Shown piece after piece: positions 13,612 through 25,354 of a stretch of 46,102 nt of DNA (within the stretch, counting starts at the first letter, position 1; each line of letters starts with the position of its first letter). The notes beneath the pieces were generated by a model, which saw nothing but the letters and a program-made list of their open reading frames with translations, was not told the origin of the DNA and made no database searches. A program made the position numbers and the translations under genes. The DNA lies in contig NC_068981.1 in the NCBI RefSeq assembly GCF_001194135.2, positions 42,366,406 through 42,412,507 of the forward strand, read 5' to 3'. The stretch comes from Octopus bimaculoides. Its lineage: Eukaryota.

Positions 13612-13800
13612 TTAAATGATCATAGTGTTGGTGGTCGAATCATTGTTGTCATTCAGTCTCCTTTGGTATGAAGCCTGGGATATCGGGGTGTGATAGCGGC
13701 TCTTCATATTGCCTATGCACGGGAGCATTACTTTAATATTAATACTGTTAAATGTTTTAATTTTTTCTGCCTTTAATCTCCCTTTGCAATTTAAGCTCAA
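13612..13800 (-). pseudogene. Possible highly decayed Penelope-like RT/endonuclease linker fragment
   Basis: KIKTFNSINIKVMLPCIGNMKS resembles the KIFNRNTVKISYSCMxNMKS-type segment of Penelope-like ORFs; short and weak. Confidence 0.3.
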
Positions 13801-14084
13801 GGTGAAATTTTGAATTGTTCTTTTGGATAATCTAATCTCAGCGACGCGACATCACTGCATTTATTATATAAAACTGGAACCAAGCTGGGCTACTGCACTT
13901 TTATTGACATGGTCTTCGCATGGACTTCCCGTCCCTTTCATGCATAATGTACCTAGCATATGAGTGAGTGGGTGAGTGAGTGTGTGTGTGTGTGTGTGTG
14001 TGTGCGCGTGTGTGTTATGTGTCTATATTATGACGATATTTTGTCAACAACTGAGGAAAGAAATAAGCGTGTCTGCGTTCACTG

Positions 14085-14163
14085 TATGGGGGTCGACTTT
14101 TTGGACTAAGTCGGTGCTCAAGCATGGTCACAGCCAATAACAGAAACAAGTAAAAGATAAAAT
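14085..14163 (+). mobile_element. SINE 3' end fragment (second family)
   Basis: ggggtcgactttttggactaagtcggtgctcaagcatggtcacagcc...gaaacaagtaaaagataaaa is reverse-complement-similar to the 3' part of the copy at 396-470. Confidence 0.55.
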
Positions 14164-15364
14164 ATCTGACATATTAAATATTACACAAACACCATTGCGT
14201 TTCCTAAACTCCCATTAATATATTCTTATTCGGCTTGTATCGTTTATTCCTATATGATGTTTATAATGGTCCACGTCATTGTTGTATCTTACATATTATA
14301 TTATGATAAATGTCGATAGACATTAGGATGTTGAATGATTACCGCGGACTTGAACTGTTCAGTAAAAGTGAGACCTAGAATTTTATAGGTCTTAGATAAT
14401 ATTACATGAAGGGGTTATAACGTCCCAGTGCGTTTTCATGGAGGTCAAGTTACATAGCAATCATTTTAAAATCGCACTACGAATGCAAACCTCAAAGGAG
14501 GAAGAGAATCAACAGTAAGAAATTACAGTAAATAGAAATTTCATCGAGAGGAGACTTCAGTGGAAACTGATCGGATAATAAACACTTTTATAATTCCATA
14601 TAGAATGAGAGTGCCTATTTGTAAACGAGTGAAAATGTGTGCTTACATAGACACGTACATGTATACATGCCGACATAGACACACACAGTTACATACATAC
14701 TTACATATATACATACATACATACATACATACATACGTAATTACGTATTTACACACGCGCGCGCGCACATACAAACACGCATAAATATATGTTATGTAGG
14801 TATGTTTATATGTGTGTCTGTATGTATACTGTCAGACAGACACATATATATGCTTATACTAAGACATACATATGTAGATACAAGTCAGTGACATGTTGCT
14901 ATACAGCCAAAAACTCGTGTTCTGCTGAGTATCAAAAAGTAATTTTGTTGTCAATGAGCAATGGAAGAGAGAAAGTTTACTGACAGCTATTCAGCTCACT
15001 AGAGTATTAACACTGACAGTTTATTCCATCTCCTCCAGTAGCAACAACAGTCAACACTTACATATCGAAGTACTTCAGCGCCAAGTGTACTGTATTAAAT
15101 CATATTCTGATATCCTGCAAGACTTTCATAACTTCATACGTGTATCATTCTCTAATAACATTCTGAAGCATTAATATTTTCCAGAAAAACCATGCTACTT
15201 AATTAACTCTATGAGAAGCCGTAGATAGTGAACTTTAATATCCGCAGAGATTTGTACGTATATATACACATACACACTTCTATATGCATATACAGACACA
15301 CAAAATGAGAGGGAAGAACAAAGAAATTTGAAAAACAGAGACACACACACTCACACATACTTAC

Positions 15365-15403
15365 GTGCCTGACGAGATCGGTTCGTTCGACGAGCCTACG
15401 AAA
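15365..15403 (-). CDS. Candidate 39-nt phase-0 micro-exon (FRRLVERTDLVRH) of an unidentified gene
   Basis: caacttacag|TTT CGT AGG CTC GTC GAA CGA ACC GAT CTC GTC AGG CAC|gtaagt: consensus donor, open frame, GC-rich relative to flanks. An alternative reading is a hammerhead-like relic on the plus strand. Confidence 0.3.
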
Positions 15404-16310
15404 CTGTAAGTTGCATGGAGCCGAATCAAACGATTATATATATNNNNNNNNNNNNNNNNNNNNNNNNNNNNNNNNNNNNNNNNNNNNNNNNNNNNNNNNN
15501 NNNNNNNNNNNNNNNNNNNNNNNNNNNNNNNNNNNNNNNNNNNNNNNNNNNNNNNNNNNNNNNNNNNNNNNNNNNNNNNNNNNNNNNNNNNNNNNNNNNN
15601 NNNNNNNNNNNNNNNNNNNNNNNNNNNTATATATATATATATATAAATGAGTGTGTGTATCTGCGTGTATGCGTGTTTGTGAGTCTGTTTGTGTTTTTGC
15701 ACACACGCGCGCGGGCGCTTACATGTAAACATATCAAATTTCATACTACGTTAAACCCAGCGATTTGCACAAAGTGTCTCCAATGAATTTTGCATTTGCC
15801 TTTGGGAGAGAAAATGAGTAATGCTGAAATCTAGCAATTAAGAAGTGCTGTTAACTCAGGGGCTGCGTAGGAGATTTATGTAAGCCATATAATTGTTTAG
15901 GGAATGAAAGAATTCCATAGTATGCGGAGCTCAATTCTAGAAAACGACCTTCCTTTATACCGAAGTTCACATACGCACACCACCTTAACTCAAAACTGGA
16001 AATAATTACAATTATCAAGATATCATGGAGAAAAATATACTCAATGTATTCATGCATTTTGAAGAGAATTGACAATTATCTATTTGTTTTGTGCTTAATG
16101 CTTTTGATTTTTTTAAAAATGACTTTCTTTGTGTATGAGCTATAGATAAATATATAAAAGAAATACACGTTTAACCACCCACGTCTTTCACAAGATCCAT
16201 ACCGTACACATACACGAATGTTAGCATGCACACACACATACATAGATAAATACTCATAAACGTTCTCTCTCACACGATCCCGCATACCTCACATACGTGC
16301 AGCCACATAG

Positions 16311-16421
<111 letters not shown>

Positions 16422-17078
16422 CTCATAATGCTCACACACCAGTATGCATACATGCATGAAAGCTCATTCACAGAAACACACAGATGCATATACACTGTCT
16501 CATTTTAACGCTCCCTTTAGCTCATATTCACACAAGTATAAATATAGAACCTGTAACCTAGGAGAAAAACAGACTTGAAGCGAAGTAGGCTTAGAAGAAG
16601 CATATCATTGATGAGTAACTAATGCAGCGAAAGGACTTTGGTTGACCTAACGATTAATCAGACAATCGACTAGATAATTGGTTATAAGGTTGCATGAAAT
16701 AGAACTATGTTTATTACTCACACAATGATCCTCCCGAGCTACAACAAAACATTTTCCATTCAAATGCTAAGATTAATTCTTACATATTGTAAAATCTACT
16801 TTTACAATCTCGTGTCTTCTTTTTTGCAAATTATTTTAAACTATAGTGGTTAAATTCGTCTCGATTTCACCATTTTAAATTCAGTTTAGATAAGACCAGT
16901 ATCAGGTACTGTATGCTGTATGAATTGAAAGGGCTCTTGAGCAATAGAAGCGGTAAGAAATATTCGCTCTGAGTATGTGTCCGGATATGCCAGCAACTTA
17001 AATGTCCGGGATATGCCAGCAATTGTTTGTCCAGTTTTGCTTGAGAAATTTTTCTGTTACAGATTTCCCTCAGTTTTC

Positions 17079-17497
17079 CGATCGAGTTCTGTTAATGCTA
17101 AGCTTCTAAAAACCGTAGTTGAGGAAAATCCAAAGCGAACCTCACAAAAAATGGCTGAACAGTTAACTTTATGTCACACTTCGATCATAAAACATCTTCA
17201 AAAAGTAGGAAAAATATCTAAAATTGATCAGTGGGTCTCTTATAATCTGACTGCTTCTCAGTTTCAACAGAGTTGCCCTCTGCTCGTCATTGAGTTGTAG
17301 ATATGCTACGAAACCATCCCTGGGTAGATCACAAGGGACGAAAAAGTGGGTTCAATATCATATCCGATGAAACGACAATTGTGAGCCGCTGATGAAGGAA
17401 CAAAGTTCATCCGCAAGTCAGGACTTCACTCGAAATAAGTTATCCCCTGCGTTTGATGAGATATGAAGGATGTCGTTTGTTATTCAGTGCTAAAAAA
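17079..17497 (+). pseudogene. Mariner (Tc1/mariner) transposase relic: HTH region to first catalytic Asp
   Basis: RSSSVNAKLLKTVVEENPKRTSQKMAEQLTLCHTSIIKHLQKVGKISKIDQWVSYNLT matches the mariner HTH plus WVPHEL motif. After frameshifts come ITRDEKWV (ITGDEKW) and KSGLHSK*VIPCV**DMKDVVCYSVL (KPxLHPKKVMLCVWWD...). Confidence 0.88.
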
Positions 17498-17850
17498 ATA
17501 TGCGTAGTGTGTGTGTGTTGCGTATGTTTGCCTGCGTGTTTACGAATATGAATTAGAGTTAGTGCAGTGTAGATAGGTAGGAGGAGCGATGGCGTAAGAA
17601 GGGAAATCCATGGAGACGGATAGAAGCAAAATATTTGCCTACACCGTGTGGCTCCATAGAAAGTTGCTGTGAAGAGAGTTATTTGGGTTCATATTATAAC
17701 CAGTTTGACACAGAAGAAAAGCAGCATATACCTATATAAAATGGCCTACACGAAAACGGAAAAACGGAAAGAATCAAAGAAAATCCTTCTCNNNNNNNNN
17801 NNNNNNNNNNNNNNNNNNNNNNNNNNNNNNNNNNNNNNNNNNNNNNNNNN

Positions 17851-17914
<64 letters not shown>

Positions 17915-18092
17915 CACACACATATATATACAAACTTCTAAAATGCTTGAGTAATCCTTCAGTTAAATGCTAAATTGTTTTATATATAACTTGACATAAA
18001 AACAAAAATTTATATATGTACGTATTCATTATGCCTGTACGTATGTATCTTTCTAATGTCTGTCTATCTAATATGCATGTGTGTGTGTGTGC

Positions 18093-18142
<50 letters not shown>

Positions 18143-18651
18143 CGTCAGACGATATAAACTTGACATTATTACAGAGTATTATATATTGCAAAGCTCATTT
18201 AGCAAGAGTGCTCAACTAGAAAAGAAGAATATCAAATTTCCAGAGATTAATTAGTTAAAACAGAGTGGCAATAAAAACAATCCAATTAGATTGAAATATA
18301 ATATATGCCATCAATATCCAATTTACAGATATCATCTGGTTTCTGCCAGTCGACTTCATTCCAGCATATGTACTGTGATCACTGGATTAATTATTGACAT
18401 TTGCGGAATGTTGCTAATCTAACCGACGCTGTTTATGTACAACAGAATAGTCAATGCTGAGCGGTAACATGCCCGAAAATTAATTTCAAGCTTACGAATG
18501 GTTTACAAAACAAAGCGATAGCTAGATTGCTTTAGCAAGGACAAGTACAAAATAGACTTGCGAAAAGAACAAGTATAATAAGTGACTAATTATATCGCAA
18601 TGATATTCAAGATTATTTTATTGCTGCAAAGTAATTTAGCAACAGTACTTA

Positions 18652-18778
18652 ATGTATGTATGTATGTATGTATGTATGTATGTATGTATGTATGTATGTA
18701 TGTATGTATGCATGTATGTATGTACGTACGTATGTATGCATGTATGTATGTATGTATGTATGTATGTATGTATGTATG

Positions 18779-18835
<57 letters not shown>

Positions 18836-18852
18836 GTCTGTCTATCTATATG
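18652..18852. repeat. Compound tetranucleotide microsatellite (ATGT)n-(ATCT)n
   Basis: Direct inspection. A similar compound tract lies at 41760-41840, and (ATGT)n at 33564-33660. Confidence 0.97.
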
Positions 18853-20057
18853 TATGTATATCAAGAAAAGGGGAGTGACGCTAAAACTCATACTAGGTAC
18901 AAACAAACAAAAAATAAAAAAACAACTAAAGTATCTACCATTGATTTCATGTCACTAGATACCGTTCTTGTGAGTCGGTACCTTCATCATATCTGGTTGT
19001 AAGCAGGATTCAAAACTGTGCGATATTGTTATATATATATATATATATATATATATATNNNNNNNNNNNNNNNNNNNNNNNNNNNNNNNNNNNNNNNNNN
19101 NNNNNNNNNNNNNNNNNNNNNNNNNNNNNNNNNNNNNNNNNNNNNNNNNNNNNNNNNNNNNNNNNNNNNNNNNNNNNNNNNNNNNNNNNNNNNNNNNNNN
19201 NNNNNNNNNNNNNNNNNNNNNNNNNNNNNNNNNNNNNNNNNNNNNNNNNNNNNNNNNNNNNNNNNNNNNNNNNNNNNNNNNNNNNNNNNNNNNNNNNNNN
19301 NNNNNNNNNNNNNNNNNNNNNNNNNNNNNNNNNNNNNNNNNNNNNNNNNNNNNNNNNNNNNNNNNNNNNNNNNNNNNNNNNNNNNNNNNNNNNNNNNNNN
19401 NNNNNNNNNNNNNNNNNNNNNNNNNNNNNNNNNNNNNNNNNNNNNNNNNNNNNNNNNNNNNNNNNNNNNNNNNNNNNNNNNNNNNNNNNNNNNNNNNNNN
19501 NNNNNNNNNNNNNNNNNNNNNNNNNNNNNNNNNNNNNNNNNNNNNNNNNNNNNNNNNNNNNNNNNNNNNNNNNNNNNNNNNNNNNNNNNNNNNNNNNNNN
19601 NNNNNNNNNNNNNNNNNNNNNNNNNNNNNNNNNNNNNNNNNNNNNNNNNNNNNNNNNNNNNNNNNNNNNNNNNNNNNNNNNNNNNNNNNNNNNNNNNNNN
19701 NNNNNNNNNNNNNNNNNNNNNNNNNNNNNNNNNNNNNNNNNNNNNNNNNNNNNNNNNNNNNNNNNNNNNNNNNNNNNNNNNNNNNNNNNNNNNNNNNNNN
19801 NNNNNNNNNNNNNNNNNNNNNNNNNNNNNNNNNNNNNNNNNNNNNNNNNNNNNNNNNNNNNNNNNNNNNNNNNNNNNNNNNNNNNNNNNNNNNNNNNNNN
19901 NNNNNNNNNNNNNNNNNNNNNNNNNNNNNNNNNNNNNNNNNNNNNNNNNNNNNNNNNNNNNNNNNNNNNNNNNNNNNNNNNNNNNNNNNNNNNNNNNNNN
20001 NNNNNNNNNNNNNNNNNNNNNNNNNNNNNNNNNNNNNNNNNNNNNNNNNNNNNNNNN

Positions 20058-20102
<45 letters not shown>

Positions 20103-20199
20103 CTCCATCTATCTATCTATATATATATAGTTAATAAAAAAAAACCATATCAGAAAGAAGCACACTCTAAATAATAGAGCAGTAATTATTACAACAAAA

Positions 20200-20810
20200 A
20201 TTTTATATCCTGGACGTAGAGTTACCCAAAGTTTCGCCTCTACAAAGAAAAGTCTTGTGGACAGCTCGTCAGAAACTATATAAATACAAAACTTAAGATA
20301 TCTACGTGTCAGACGCGAGGAAACGCCATAACTCGAGGAATACGTCTTATCAAAACAACGTTAATAAAGAGGGGTTATCTCCCTTGAATCAGGGGAGAAA
20401 GAAACCCTTATAGACCTGAAGAAGTCTAATTAGCAAACGGGGAGATTCAATTTTCCAGTAAGTAACGCTTGAAGTGGATACCTTTAGAAAACACTTCTTT
20501 ACGGCTGGTTAATGCGCCAGGTTTCTTATAGTCCTTAAGAATTTTGGCTCTCTCCATGATGCAGATCTTGCAACGGCCACTTCCATTAATATACGTGCCA
20601 GGATGATCAATTAATTTCCACCTGATATCACACGGGGTCCATTGAGCTTTGAAGTTCCATACATGGCGGGCCAGGGGCGTGACAAACCATCTTTCTAGGA
20701 CTCTGAAGGATGACTGTTTGTTAAGAAAACGTCGCTTGAACGAAGTACTCGTAGAACCAATATATTACACAAACTGAAGGCTGGTTATTGTGGAGGTCGT
20801 TGCACATTAA
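20200..20810 (-). mobile_element. 3' end of a Penelope-like element: GIY-YIG endonuclease domain plus 3' terminal region
   Basis: 20764->20447 reads YIGSTSTSFKRRFLNKQSSFRVLERWFVTPLARHVWNFKAQWTPCDIRWKLIDHPGTYINGSGRCKICIMERAKILKDYKKPGALTSRKEVFSKGIHFKRYLLEN* (105 aa, no Met so absent from the ORF track). It carries the YIG..FK.R, L.RHVW, CxxCxxE and R.E..SK..H motifs of PLE endonucleases. An in-frame TAA lies just upstream. Confidence 0.88.
20215..20280 (-). ncRNA. Degenerate type-I hammerhead ribozyme core in the PLE 3' region
   Basis: CTGACGA (20272->20266), a foldable stem II, GAAAC (20235->20231), tttgg, GTA (20225->20223). Stem I pairing is poor. Confidence 0.5.
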
Positions 20811-20929
20811 TGATCATAGAACATATAAGTTTGCAAAGTAGAGCTACTGAAGTGTTTTGGGAGTAGGTTAGGGATAATGACTACAACATATAGTTGTTTA
20901 CATGAAAACGAAATTTTTTCTCAGAAACA

Positions 20930-21045
20930 GCCGAAGCGCGTAGGCTCGAAACGTAAAAGACTTTCTCACTTCCCGAGCGTTAAACTAATACATATGTTTG
21001 TTGTTTACACACCCGTCTTTTGTTTTTTCGTAAATTCTCACTATA
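20930..21045 (+). mobile_element. Short dispersed repeat, Penelope-like terminal fragment, ending at (TA)n
   Basis: taggctcgaaacgtaaaagactttctcacttcc...ctaatacatatgtttgttgtttaca...gtaaattctcactatata is closely similar to 25381-25495. Confidence 0.65.
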
Positions 21046-21727
21046 TATATANNNNNNNNNNNNNNNNNNNNNNNNNNNNNNNNNNNNNNNNNNNNNNNNN
21101 NNNNNNNNNNNNNNNNNNNNNNNNNNNNNNNNNNNNNNNNNNNNNNNNNNNNNNNNNNNNNNNNNNNNNNNNNNNNNNNNNNNNNNNNNNNNNNNNNNNN
21201 NNNNNNNNNNNNNNNNNNNNNNNNNNNNNNNNNNNNNNNNNNNNNNNNNNNNNNNNNNNNNNNNNNNNNNNNNNNNNNNNNNNNNNNNNNNNNNNNNNNN
21301 NNNNNNNNNNNNNNNNNNNNNNNNNNNNNNNNNNNNNNNNNNNNNNNNNNNNNNNNNNNNNNNNNNNNNNNNNNNNNNNNNNNNNNNNNNNNNNNNNNNN
21401 NNNNNNNNNNNNNNNNNNNNNNNNNNNNNNNNNNNNNNNNNNNNNNNNNNNNNNNNNNNNNNNNNNNNNNNNNNNNNNNNNNNNNNNNNNNNNNNNNNNN
21501 NNNNNNNNNNNNNNNNNNNNNNNNNNNNNNNNNNNNNNNNNNNNNNNNNNNNNNNNNNNNNNNNNNNNNNNNNNNNNNNNNNNNNNNNNNNNNNNNNNNN
21601 NNNNNNNNNNNNNNNNNNNNNNNNNNNNNNNNNNNNNNNNNNNNNNNNNNNNNNNNNNNNNNNNNNNNNNNNNNNNNNNNNNNNNNNACACGCACACACG
21701 CGCACACACACTCATATGTATATATAT

Positions 21728-21862
21728 ACACATATTTACGACGGGCTTCTTTCAATTTCTAACTACCAAATCCACGCATTGGTCGCTACGAGACTATAAT
21801 AGAAAAGACTCGACAAAGGTGCCATGCAGTGGGACGGAACCTGAGATCATGTGGTTTAGAAA
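21728..21862 (-). mobile_element. SINE (second family) 5' half
   Basis: cgacgggcttctttcaatttct...ccaaatccac...ggtgccatgcagtgggacggaacctgagatcatgtggtt matches 32583-32740. Confidence 0.8.
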
Positions 21863-22993
21863 GAAAGATAGGAAGGAAAGGAAATAAAATAAACAAGGAA
21901 GCAGACATTTTGTTGAAAAGAGCTACATATTTTGTGCAAAGACACGCAATATAGAAAGTAATTACTTCATGGGAGTCAAAATCCTATTATTTTGTGAGTG
22001 GAATAAGTTACGTCGAGTAATTCTGACATTTATTAAATGAAACTGTGTTTATAAATTAAACGGTGTTTAAAAAACAATTTTCAAAACTAAATGATGATTA
22101 AGAACGAGCGCTAATTAAAAACTGGAATATGCATATGTGTCATAAATACATGAAGTTAAATTAAAGATTTTGTAGTACTTCTATCGTGGATAGAAGTATT
22201 TCCTTGCAATTCACATGCAGCAACTCCATAGAAAATGAATTCTTCAAATAACTTGAGAAGCATTTACATCCACAGCACAGGCATTACAAATTTTCTCATA
22301 GAATTACTTAAGTCTTCTTCATTACGACGCACGATAATGATAACAAAACTTGCAGCATCTAATTTGTTTTTATTGCTCCAAATTACATCCGAATCAATCA
22401 CCAACACAGTCAATTTCACGAATCCTCAAAACTTCCTCTCAGCTGCCGATTGATATAAGTTTCGAAACCAACACAGAAGCACAAAAGACAAAAAGAAAAA
22501 AAAAAACAAGAAGAAAAGAGAAAAGGAAAACACACCATTTTCGCCATCGATACTGGGGATAATCTAATTTAAAATATCAATATAAAAATACAGCAAAAAA
22601 TATAGGATTCCACATCCAGGAAAATCTTATACAAAAAACAAAATCTCTGCCAGCTACACGCACCTTCGAAATTTGAAATTATTTTAGAAAACCTATAAAT
22701 ATAAATGGACATAATAATAAAAAAAAAAAAAAAANNNNNNNNNNNNNNNNNNNNNNNNNNNNNNNNNNNNNNNNNNNNNNNNNNNNNNNNNNNNNNNNNN
22801 NNNNNNNNNNNNNNNNNNNNNNNNNNNNNNNNNNNNNNNNNNNNNNNNNNNNNNNNNNNNNNNNNNNNNNNNNNNNNNNNNNNNNNNNNNNNNNNNNNNN
22901 NNNNNNNNNNNNNNNNNNNNNNNNNNNNNNNNNNNNNNNNNNNNNNNNNNNNNNNNNNNNNNNNNNNNNNNNNNNNNNNNNNNNNNNNNNNNN

Positions 22994-23074
<81 letters not shown>

Positions 23075-23086
23075 CATATATATATA

Positions 23087-23298
23087 TAAGATTAATATGG
23101 AAGACGGGTGTACCAAAAAGCAATTTATTATCACAACAATTGTTTCGTCTTCACGATGCACTGCTCACTAGAGGAGTCTTCTTTGCACTGTGCGTTGCAT
23201 CTGGTGTTATTGCATCGTTCCACGCCCACTAGGGAAGACGAAACAATTTTGATAATAAATTGCTTTTTGGTACACACAATCTTCTCTACTAATCTTTA
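23087..23298. repeat. Inverted repeat A: about 65-bp imperfect stem around an 81-nt loop
   Basis: 23108-23152 gtgtaccaaaaagcaatttattatcacaacaattgtttcgtcttc is the reverse complement of 23234-23275 apart from one short indel region. Outer arms 23087-23107 and 23276-23298 also pair imperfectly. Confidence 0.9.
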
Positions 23299-23636
23299 AT
23301 ACACACCCTACGTGCACCCTGGGATTCCTGGAAGTTGAACCAACGATGAATGCAAATATACCGCTGATGACGCTTGGTAGCCATAAGTGGTGAACGTTCT
23401 CCGTGGACACACAACCTGGGACTTAATCTGAAACAAGGTTTCGATACTGTGTTTAACGCATACTTCCTAAACCTTAATTCTTTAACTTTAAATTCCACTT
23501 ATATACATATTCTGAAGTGGTGTACATATTTTATACATCAAGCAAAAGGAGGTAGTCAGTATTTTGGATACCTCTTTATTAGCGCTTTCATCTCATTCAT
23601 CCGAGATTCCTCAGATATAAGCTTTACATAAAATTT
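23239..23636. repeat. Local segmental duplication, copy 1 block 1 (paralog 28754-29137)
   Basis: Collinear over about 390 bp with long identical runs (e.g. ctgaaacaaggtttcgatactgtgtttaacgcatacttcctaaaccttaattctttaactttaaa); offset about 5.5 kb. Confidence 0.95.
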
Positions 23637-23840
23637 CTTTACCTTTTATACAAATCTGAATGAGGGTGTTTATTTCTCTTTTGCTTTGTTATGTATAAGT
23701 ATGTGTATATAGCAAAAGAGATATTTATATATAAATAACAAGCCAAAACGAATAAAATCTCTTCCAGATTTATATAAACGGCAAAGGAATTATCTTTAAA
23801 ACTTATATCTGAGGAGTTTCGATAAATGAGACGGAAGCGC
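23582..23840. repeat. Inverted repeat B: about 90-bp imperfect arms with a nested 11-bp perfect stem
   Basis: 23582-23674 (gcgctttcatctcattcatccgagattcctcagatataagcttt...aaatctgaatgagggtgtttatt) aligns with the reverse complement of 23751-23840. Inner tctcttttgct (23675-23685) pairs with agcaaaagaga (23711-23721). Confidence 0.88.
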
Positions 23841-24340
23841 AAATGGAGAATTATCAAAACTTCGTATCCTTTTATATTGTATTATTATTATATCATGTTA
23901 NNNNNNNNNNTATATATATATATGATAGAGGAAGACGGATTTAGTATGGATCTTTATTCAACACATCAATCGTTTCGACACATCCTGCATTTATTTCAGA
24001 GGATATTGTGCATCTGGTTGCGTTGCATCAATCACTTTGCAGGCTGTATCACTTCAGGTGGTTGGTGTGAGACATCCAAGGCAGAGTATTACAGGCGTTA
24101 CCCAGACTTTGGAGGTCTGCTGGTGCCTTGCAAACCTTTTGGAAAATGAAACAGGTTGAGGATCGAGTTTGATCCGGTGCTTTAATCGACATAGTAATAA
24201 ACATATAGCTAAAGTCCAAATAGTTACGCACGCACACACACACACACACACACACATGTATGATGGGTTGATGGATTTTCTTGTGAACGACAGATGAGGG
24301 TTCAATGAAATAAGACATTAATCATGATATAGGGATACGC

Positions 24341-24414
<74 letters not shown>

Positions 24415-24419
<5 letters not shown>

Positions 24420-24630
24420 GACAAACAGATAGATAGATAGATAGAGAGAAATATACGCAATGAGTGTGAGAATGTCTATATTTTGGAATAATTTACACAT
24501 GTATATGACCATTTAATTAAATCTACCTATTTAGCAATGTCTTCCTATATACTTACACACACAAACGCGCACACATATACATATGCACACAGTCAAACCT
24601 TTAAGTGGTATTGTCTCCTCTCAGTTATTC
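24415..24630. repeat. Local segmental duplication, copy 1 block 2 (paralog about 29275-29510)
   Basis: gaaatatacgcaatg.gtgtgagaatg.ctatattttggaat.atttacacatgtatatga...ctctcagttatt is shared; offset about 4.88 kb. Confidence 0.9.
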
Positions 24631-25354
24631 TTCCTATGACTTCACTCGCCTTTAAACATGAAGAGTCAAATTTCAGAATTTTGCCTCCTTAGAAGTGACA
24701 TCTCGAAATCTTAACTGTCTAAAAATTCGCTTTACGTAGGTCATCACTCTCACTTCCCACATAACTTGCAATAAACAGCTGTACAACTGACAGTCATACA
24801 GGCTTATTACGAAGACAGACTAACAGGGGTGTTTAATTTCATCGCAATATATCATATCCAATAATAACTTGCCAAATTATATATTATTTCACCTACTTAC
24901 ATACAATACTTATTTACTCTAATGATTATCTATTTACTTTCTCAATTACATTAGTAATATTTTATTTCTTTTCCAGTCTTTCTCGGCTTTACCTTTTAAA
25001 TCACATGTGTATGTGTGAGTGTGTATGCGTGTATGTGTTCTTAACTCTCATTTTTCAATCGCTTTTAATTCTACGACATAATTATCTGATATTACACATT
25101 CATCTCACAAAATGATAGATATTTTTTTTCAACTACAATGTGTCTGATTTCTGTCTTGTGAAGCCTTTCCTGTGTTTAAAAGATAGAAACAAAAAGAAAA
25201 AAAACATTAAATTTTCGATTAACGCTTTGATGAGCACCGCCAGCGAGCGAAACAGATCGAACATTTACTGCAGTGCCGCGCTGAATCGCTCTATATATTT
25301 GCCATGATAGATCGGTAGCCACTAAAGCTTTTCTATTGCCTCTCCCTGTTTATT

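Noticed and set aside
15062-15114. Minus-strand ttgcag...gtaagt exon candidate
   Set aside because: Stop codons in all three frames from that acceptor; a UTR exon cannot be supported without RNA data.
22200-22450. Non-repetitive block with long open stretches on both strands
   Set aside because: No recognisable domain or coherent splice/phase pattern.
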